A stretch of DNA of 64,000 nt from Candidatus Poribacteria bacterium (GTDB lineage Bacteria > Poribacteria > WGA-4E > WGA-3G). The position numbers were made by a program, and so were the translations under genes. This document shows, one piece after another, positions 58,588-64,000 of this stretch. The stretch spans positions 416,001 through 480,000 of the forward strand of contig CAXXLX010000001.1 in assembly GCA_963665235.2 (NCBI GenBank). The letters run 5' to 3'. Under the pieces are notes generated by a model, which saw only the letters and a program-made list of their open reading frames with translations, did no database searches and was not told where the DNA came from. Positions within the stretch are counted from its first letter, which is position 1, and every line of letters starts with the position of its first letter.

Positions 58588-59181
58588 ATGTCATCTATTG
58601 TTGCCCAAACCTACCTAACCCCCAAGGAATACATCACTTCCGAACGAAAAGCGACGCTCAAAAGCGAATACCTAAGCGGAGAGATAGTCGCAATGTCCGG
58701 GGCAAGTAATGCCCATAATCTTATTACGATGAATACCGCAACCGGACTTTACAATCAATTAACAGAACGGGGATGTAGAGTCTATGCTAGCGACATGCGC
58801 GTCGGAATTGGTGCAGGCATTTCCTATTTCTATCCGGATGTTGCTGTCGTCTGCGATAAACCCCGCTTTGAGGATAACGTCCTTGATACGTTGATTAACC
58901 CGATAGTTGTGATAGAAGTACTTTCGCCATCAACTGAAGTATATGACAGAGGCGAGAAATTTACGCGCTACCAGCAATTAGAATCGTTGGTAGAATACGT
59001 CCTGATTTCACAAGACCGGGTTCGGGTTGAACACTATCTTCGGCAAGGCGAGGGGTGGCCACGGCGTGAATTTACCTCCATTGACGATATACTCCCGCTT
59101 ATATCCATTGATGCGGAACTCGCTTTGCAGCAGATTTACAGATTTGTTGAGGTAGAAAATCAAATTACAAACCGCGTCTAA
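58588..59181 (+). CDS. Uma2-family (DUF820) endonuclease-like protein
   Basis: EYLSGEIVAMSGAS..HN, YPDV.VVC and IEVLSPST..YDRGEKF. Confidence 0.9.
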   Translation: MSSIVAQTYLTPKEYITSERKATLKSEYLSGEIVAMSGASNAHNLITMNTATGLYNQLTERGCRVYASDMRVGIGAGISYFYPDVAVVCDKPRFEDNVLDTLINPIVVIEVLSPSTEVYDRGEKFTRYQQLESLVEYVLISQDRVRVEHYLRQGEGWPRREFTSIDDILPLISIDAELALQQIYRFVEVENQITNRV

Positions 59182-59303
59182 AAGGCCTCCTAAACCAACA
59201 CCTTTTTCACAAAATATTTACGCGTCCCATCTTCAAAAAACATTGCACTCTGTTTACAGGTACGGTATACCTATCCTAGGGGTCAGTTTTCTAAAATTGA
59301 CAC

Positions 59304-60191
59304 CTAAAGCCTCGTAATAGCAATACCCTGTTCACCTGCTACAGAATAAAGCAGCCACGTTTCCCCATCCTCACAATAGATATCAGGGTCCCGCAGTTGA
59401 TGCACCTGTTCCCGGTCAAGCCCATTCGTCGAGGGAACAATGGGTATATCCACACCTTCAAAATCGTATTTCGGCGCGATAACCTCTGTCGGCGGAGATG
59501 CCTGCCAATCGTTCCAATCTTCAGTCAATTGCACAGTGCTCTTTAGAATACGCTCTGGCGTATCGCCATAAAGCGAATAATAGACAGTAAGCGTCCCTCC
59601 CACAACCTGATTCGCTGTGTGACGTGGCGTGCCATCTCTTCCTTTACCCGGTGTGCCGGGAAAAAGCGGTGTATCTCGTCGTTCAAACACAGTTGTCCAT
59701 TCAGCGGTTTTACCACGGTTCAGGATATTGTGATTTGTTGCATAAGGCAGCCCTTCCCACCAAAAAACACGAAAATAGGGCCCCTGCTGCTTCTCCAACG
59801 TTTCCGATGCGTTGTAATGGATACCATCAGGCGAAGTCGCCCAACAGGTTGCCTGTCCCCCCCGGTAATTTCCGTGAAAATACATAATAAAGCGGCGGTT
59901 TTCCTCGTCTATATGCACATCTGGCGACGCAATGTGGTCGCACCCTCGAAAGACGGTTTTATCACGGTGCAGCGAACCGGGCTGGTAAACAGTATAGGGC
60001 CCCTCAATCTCATCGGCGTAAGCTAAGCGGATATATGCACCGCGATGATGGGCGAAATAGAGGTAGTATTCACCTAACCGGTTCTCTACCCACCCCGGTA
60101 CACGGACAAGTGACGGGCCATTGATATTGGAGAATCCATGTTCTCTATCAATATCGGGCGTATCTGGATGAATCAGGAGTGTACGTTCCAT
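59304..60191 (-). CDS. Hypothetical protein, five-bladed beta-propeller glycoside-hydrolase-like
   Basis: NINGPSL, YLYFAHH.G, HIASPDV, QLRDP.I and LLYSVAGE.GI. Confidence 0.7.
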   Translation of the reverse strand: MERTLLIHPDTPDIDREHGFSNINGPSLVRVPGWVENRLGEYYLYFAHHRGAYIRLAYADEIEGPYTVYQPGSLHRDKTVFRGCDHIASPDVHIDEENRRFIMYFHGNYRGGQATCWATSPDGIHYNASETLEKQQGPYFRVFWWEGLPYATNHNILNRGKTAEWTTVFERRDTPLFPGTPGKGRDGTPRHTANQVVGGTLTVYYSLYGDTPERILKSTVQLTEDWNDWQASPPTEVIAPKYDFEGVDIPIVPSTNGLDREQVHQLRDPDIYCEDGETWLLYSVAGEQGIAITRL

Positions 60192-60217
60192 AGTCTTCCT
60201 CCTTGTATGACAATTTC

Positions 60218-61033
60218 TTAATCGTGTGCCTGAAACCGATAGATTTCTTGTGTTTCTTCAGACATGTGAGCCCACGTCTCTCCTGGGATACGCGTTCTGA
60301 AGATGTTCGGCGCATCGGGCGCGTGATGAAACCTCCGGAAATAGACAAGCGCAAGCATGTGGCGAACCGTTTGGCTGCGGTTCGGCATCGCCCGGTGCCA
60401 GCACCGCATATCCCGAACGACCACAGACCCCGCAGGCATCACTAACTGAAAAGATGGAAGTTGTGCTGCCCGCTCCTCCTCACAGACGTTGTAAGGCGTA
60501 TTGCGTACCGCCGCATCATCAACGATGAGATGTGAGCCAGGCCACACCTCTGTCGCCCCATTTTCCACCGTGAAATCAACCAATGGAATGTTGACGACGA
60601 TTGTTGAGACCGGCAGTGCAAACGGCAATTCAGGAAAAAGTTGTCCTGAATCCCGGTGAATCCACTGGACATCGCTGCCCGGGCGAGTGGTGTTACATCC
60701 GTAGGGCAGGTATGCGAAAATTTTCTCGCCCATCGCAGCCTTCATTATCGGAATTGCAAACGGGTTGTCAATAATCCGCGCATCCATAAACGGCATTTTG
60801 AGCATCGGGTGCTCCTTTTTTGGAGCATCTTCCCCCAGCTCAAGCACTGCTTCCATTGCGACGTTGACCTCGGCTATCCAATCGCGCGGGAGTACACTTT
60901 CAATAACAACTAAGCCTGCCTCACGTAAAAGGCGCGTGCCAGCCTCAATACTTTCTTGCGTAGGTTTGCCTTCAGCGCGTTCCTGCGCGGAAATCTCAAG
61001 TTTAGGAATGTTTATCGTTGTTCCAGTGCTCAC
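60218..61033 (-). CDS. Phytanoyl-CoA dioxygenase (PhyH) family protein
   Basis: Q.IHRD, ENGATEVWPGSH and WHRAMPN. Confidence 0.88.
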   Translation of the reverse strand: MSTGTTINIPKLEISAQERAEGKPTQESIEAGTRLLREAGLVVIESVLPRDWIAEVNVAMEAVLELGEDAPKKEHPMLKMPFMDARIIDNPFAIPIMKAAMGEKIFAYLPYGCNTTRPGSDVQWIHRDSGQLFPELPFALPVSTIVVNIPLVDFTVENGATEVWPGSHLIVDDAAVRNTPYNVCEEERAAQLPSFQLVMPAGSVVVRDMRCWHRAMPNRSQTVRHMLALVYFRRFHHAPDAPNIFRTRIPGETWAHMSEETQEIYRFQAHD

Positions 61034-61041
61034 AAGTTAAC

Positions 61042-61821
61042 CTATTTCTTTTCTACTAAATTCGGGGGGAATTTCAGTTCTGTTCTGACCGCTGTCCGTA
61101 CCGTCCTGCAGATTTTCACAGCATGCGTTGCATTTTCAGCAGTCGCCGACTTCCCGGGATAGCGGAATTCTACTGCATACGGGGCGATAATTGAAAGCTC
61201 TGGCTGCCAAACGTGCCAACTCGGAATAGTTGGGATAATCAAACCTAACAGAGCCAACAAATCGTGCGATTTTGGTAAAGCAATTTTTGCCTCTTGTAGC
61301 CACGCCTTTAAATACTTCTCTATGCACTGCTGGGCGTGAAAACAGATAAAATCGAAGTCCGGAGCTGCCGCCTGTTGGTGCAATGCTATTGCGGCATAAT
61401 CCCTCTCCGCTTTCTCTATCCATTCCGCCGTTAATGGATTCATAACAGATTTTTCCTTATTAGGTATTGCTTTGCGCTTTTTCTTACTGCGGGAAAATTC
61501 AGGTGCTTCATAAAGGACTGCGCCTTTTTCTGTAATCTCGCGAAGAAACCAGTCGTTATAGGAGACGCGATAGGCAATCTCCTCCGGGGAACGCACCAGC
61601 AAATCCATGCTAAACCTACGTGGAATCCGCTGCCAAATTTCCGCAGCCTGTTGACTCGTCTCGGATTCCGGAATATCCATAACAACGAGCAGGTCTACGT
61701 CCGAATCCTCCGTAGGGGTACCATAAGCGTAAGAACCGAACAAGATCACCTGTAACGGCGAAAACTCACGAACTATGTCATCACAAGCAGCTTGAATGTC
61801 TTTGCGCGTAATCATCTGCAC
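61042..61821 (-). CDS. Fused minimal nucleotidyltransferase (MNT)-HEPN protein
   Basis: ILFGSYAYG...SDVDLLV N-terminal half; EWIEKAE.D, CFHAQQCIEKYLKA, HDL and RYP C-terminal half. Confidence 0.85.
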   Translation of the reverse strand: MQMITRKDIQAACDDIVREFSPLQVILFGSYAYGTPTEDSDVDLLVVMDIPESETSQQAAEIWQRIPRRFSMDLLVRSPEEIAYRVSYNDWFLREITEKGAVLYEAPEFSRSKKKRKAIPNKEKSVMNPLTAEWIEKAERDYAAIALHQQAAAPDFDFICFHAQQCIEKYLKAWLQEAKIALPKSHDLLALLGLIIPTIPSWHVWQPELSIIAPYAVEFRYPGKSATAENATHAVKICRTVRTAVRTELKFPPNLVEKK

Positions 61822-61845
61822 TCCCTCCTATTTTTTCTAAGTATA

Positions 61846-61996
61846 ACGTGAGCTTGATAATAAATATCCGTTTGCTCTAAACCTTTTTCATCGCGAAAAA
61901 AGCGGTATAATTGTAGCATAAACTTCCTAGTTTGTGCTGGTTTTTGCTAAAACTACCACAGAACGCTCTAGGTCAAAACTTTTTTCAAACTCGCGT
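61846..61996. mobile_element. MITE family A, complete copy
   Basis: Ends ACGTGAGCTTGA / TCAAACTCGCGT; flanked by TAAGTATA at 61838 and 61997. Confidence 0.75.
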
Positions 61997-62004
61997 TAAG
62001 TATA

Positions 62005-62135
62005 CTATAGTTTGGACAATATCCGTGAGACTAATGCCCGATTTTCAAAGCATTTCTGATTTTTCTCTTCTTCCAACCTTCCACCTATCCGTTTGACAAG
62101 AACGTTGTGCCTCCCTAAAACTGTCCAAAGTTTAG
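62005..62135. mobile_element. MITE family B, short complete copy
   Basis: Ends CTATAGTTTGGACA / TGTCCAAAGTTTAG; flanked by TAAGTATA at 61997 and 62136. Confidence 0.85.
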
Positions 62136-62249
62136 TAAGTATACCATAAAATCTAAAAAAAGAGCAAAGTGTGTGAAAAAATTGTTGTTTTCTTATGCAA
62201 ATTTGTGTAAAATTGAATTAATCGCTAAAGAATAAAGGAGTAATACCTC

Positions 62250-63038
62250 ATGACACCTGAAGTCGCCCTAGAAAAACGGAACCAGATGCTACGCGACGGT
62301 TACTGCATTGTTGACGACGTTTTAACACCAGAATTCTTACAAGAACTCCACGACGAATCGGAACGTCTCATCACAGGTCACGTGGAACCCGATGAAATGA
62401 TCTACCAAGGACAGCATGTAAACGTCCGTGGCGCAGATAACCCTCATATTCAAAAGTTGCTACAGTGGCAACCATCACGAGAGGCATTAGAGCAACTCGG
62501 TTTCGGAGATTTCGCCGCATCAGGCGGAATTATTATCCTAACAAAAGAACCCGGAGGGCCACCCCTCTATTGGCATCAAGACTGGATGCGTTGGAATGAC
62601 CCACTGAGTTGTTCCCCCTGGCCCCAAACGATTTTTCTCAATTACTATCTAACCGATACGACACGGGAAAACGGATGTTTAAAGGTTATACCGGGCACCC
62701 ATCTCAAGCGAATAGATTTGCACGACCAACTCGTGCCAGCACATGAACAAGGCGCACGGTTTATCGATGAAGACCATCCGCTCATGTTCAGTGACCATCC
62801 CGCTCAGGTGGATGTCCGCGCTAAAGCCGGCGCATTAGTGATAGCAGATGCTAGAGTTTTACACGGTGCCCACAGAAATCATACCGATAAACGACGAACT
62901 CTAATCTTGGCATGGCACAGCCGTCCAAACACCGTTCCTGACTATTGGGATAAGGAAATTCCTGAACCGATTGCCAATCGCGACGAAAATGGAAACTATC
63001 CCGGTTCACGTATCCCAGGAGCATTTTTGAAGCCTTAG
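62250..63038 (+). CDS. Phytanoyl-CoA dioxygenase (PhyH) family protein
   Basis: WHQDW, ENGCLKVIPGTH and LHGAH.N. Confidence 0.9.
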   Translation: MTPEVALEKRNQMLRDGYCIVDDVLTPEFLQELHDESERLITGHVEPDEMIYQGQHVNVRGADNPHIQKLLQWQPSREALEQLGFGDFAASGGIIILTKEPGGPPLYWHQDWMRWNDPLSCSPWPQTIFLNYYLTDTTRENGCLKVIPGTHLKRIDLHDQLVPAHEQGARFIDEDHPLMFSDHPAQVDVRAKAGALVIADARVLHGAHRNHTDKRRTLILAWHSRPNTVPDYWDKEIPEPIANRDENGNYPGSRIPGAFLKP

Positions 63039-63190
63039 TGTACTGACTATTGGCTTCGCTAGCTTATGGCAAGAAGTTTTAGATGCTAAATAGAGGTTTA
63101 ACGCGCGTCAAAAACCTCTTACTCTTGCCAATTGCTAATTGCCAATTGCTAATTGCCATTTACTAAAATAGGAATAGGAGGAAAAAACGG

Positions 63191-64000
63191 ATGAAAGGCC
63201 CGCCTTTATTAAACATTTTATCGCTCGGTCTAATACCGATAGTGCTCACATTGACTGTGTCCGCAGCCAACTTTGATGCAACGGACCTGGTCATCTATTA
63301 CAGTTTTGATGCGGACACACTTGTAGAATTGGACAAGGATGGGCTTGTAGAAACAGATGTTTTAGATAAGTCCGGAAATGGAAACAACGGGCTCCTTCAC
63401 GGCACAAACCTCAAAATTGTGGAAGGTAAAGTGAATGAATGTCTAGAGCTGCCAGGGGCAGCAGCCGAATATGTAGCGGTGAGAAATCTCAATTATGTGG
63501 AAGGAATCCCTGAACTTAGCATGGCTGCTTGGATTAAGACTTCACAAAGAGGCATAATTGCCTCCTGGGACCGCAGCGAATTTTTCCGGTTCGGCGCAGG
63601 CGACGACCAACTCGGAAATACCACCTTTGTCGCCTTTGACATTTGCTGCCCTATACGCGACTGGCACGGAGAAGTCGAAGTTACAGATGACCAATGGCAT
63701 CATGTCGCTGTAACGTTTGATGCTGAAACAAAGCGGATATACGTCGACGGCGAATTGGATATGGAAGCACCGACACACACAAATAATAAACTAATCGGAC
63801 CGAGGGCACAACGGTACGGATTTATCGGCGTTGGCTCAGAAGCAGCCACTTTCGGAGGGCCCCCGGGGCCCACGAACTGGGCTTACAAAGGTTTGATAGA
63901 TGAGTTTCTCTTATTCCATCGAGCACTCTCTGAAGATGAGGTTACGCGCCTTGCCAAAGCCCGTGGGAACCCCTTCGCTGTCGAACCGGACAGCAAATTG
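63191..64000 (+). CDS. Secreted LamG (concanavalin-like) domain protein, truncated by the window edge
   Basis: Manual translation gives a signal peptide, LVIYYSFD, D.SGNGNNG, WHHVAVTFD, IYVDG and GLIDEF..F.RALS..EV, ending AVEPDSKL. Confidence 0.9.
   Translation, partial: MKGPPLLNILSLGLIPIVLTLTVSAANFDATDLVIYYSFDADTLVELDKDGLVETDVLDKSGNGNNGLLHGTNLKIVEGKVNECLELPGAAAEYVAVRNLNYVEGIPELSMAAWIKTSQRGIIASWDRSEFFRFGAGDDQLGNTTFVAFDICCPIRDWHGEVEVTDDQWHHVAVTFDAETKRIYVDGELDMEAPTHTNNKLIGPRAQRYGFIGVGSEAATFGGPPGPTNWAYKGLIDEFLLFHRALSEDEVTRLAKARGNPFAVEPDSKL

Overview
Bacterial chromosomal segment, most likely Candidatus Poribacteria. This is an inference from the secreted LamG/CBM9 proteins with a ...KL(x)xWGxIK-type tail, PhyH dioxygenases, a sulfatase, Uma2 and Rpn genes, and dense palindromic repeats. 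The left third is a proteolysis-rich block: ftsH (partial), tricorn protease, a Planctomycete-like DUF1501/WD40/PPC module whose PPC protein carries two CxxCH motifs, and a complete UBact (Pup-like)-proteasome operon (arc-dop-ubact-prcB-prcA-pafA). It is followed by a UvrD helicase with a nested DEDDh exonuclease, a peptidoglycan-recycling operon (serine hydrolase, namZ-like, anmK), a porU-like/porV-like pair and housekeeping genes. Between hup and asd lies a small accessory island with a 4-repeat orphan class-1-type CRISPR array, a ParA-RHH cassette with a 5x17-bp centromere-like array, a TPR gene and a dead transposase. The intergenic DNA holds many non-autonomous elements: GTAG-type REP palindromes, two MITE families with 8-bp target duplications (stacked at one site), IS200/IS605 ends including a 611-bp protein-free element, and several 31-50-bp direct duplications. 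No rRNA or tRNA genes were recognised. All protein calls come from motif recognition by eye, not from database searches.
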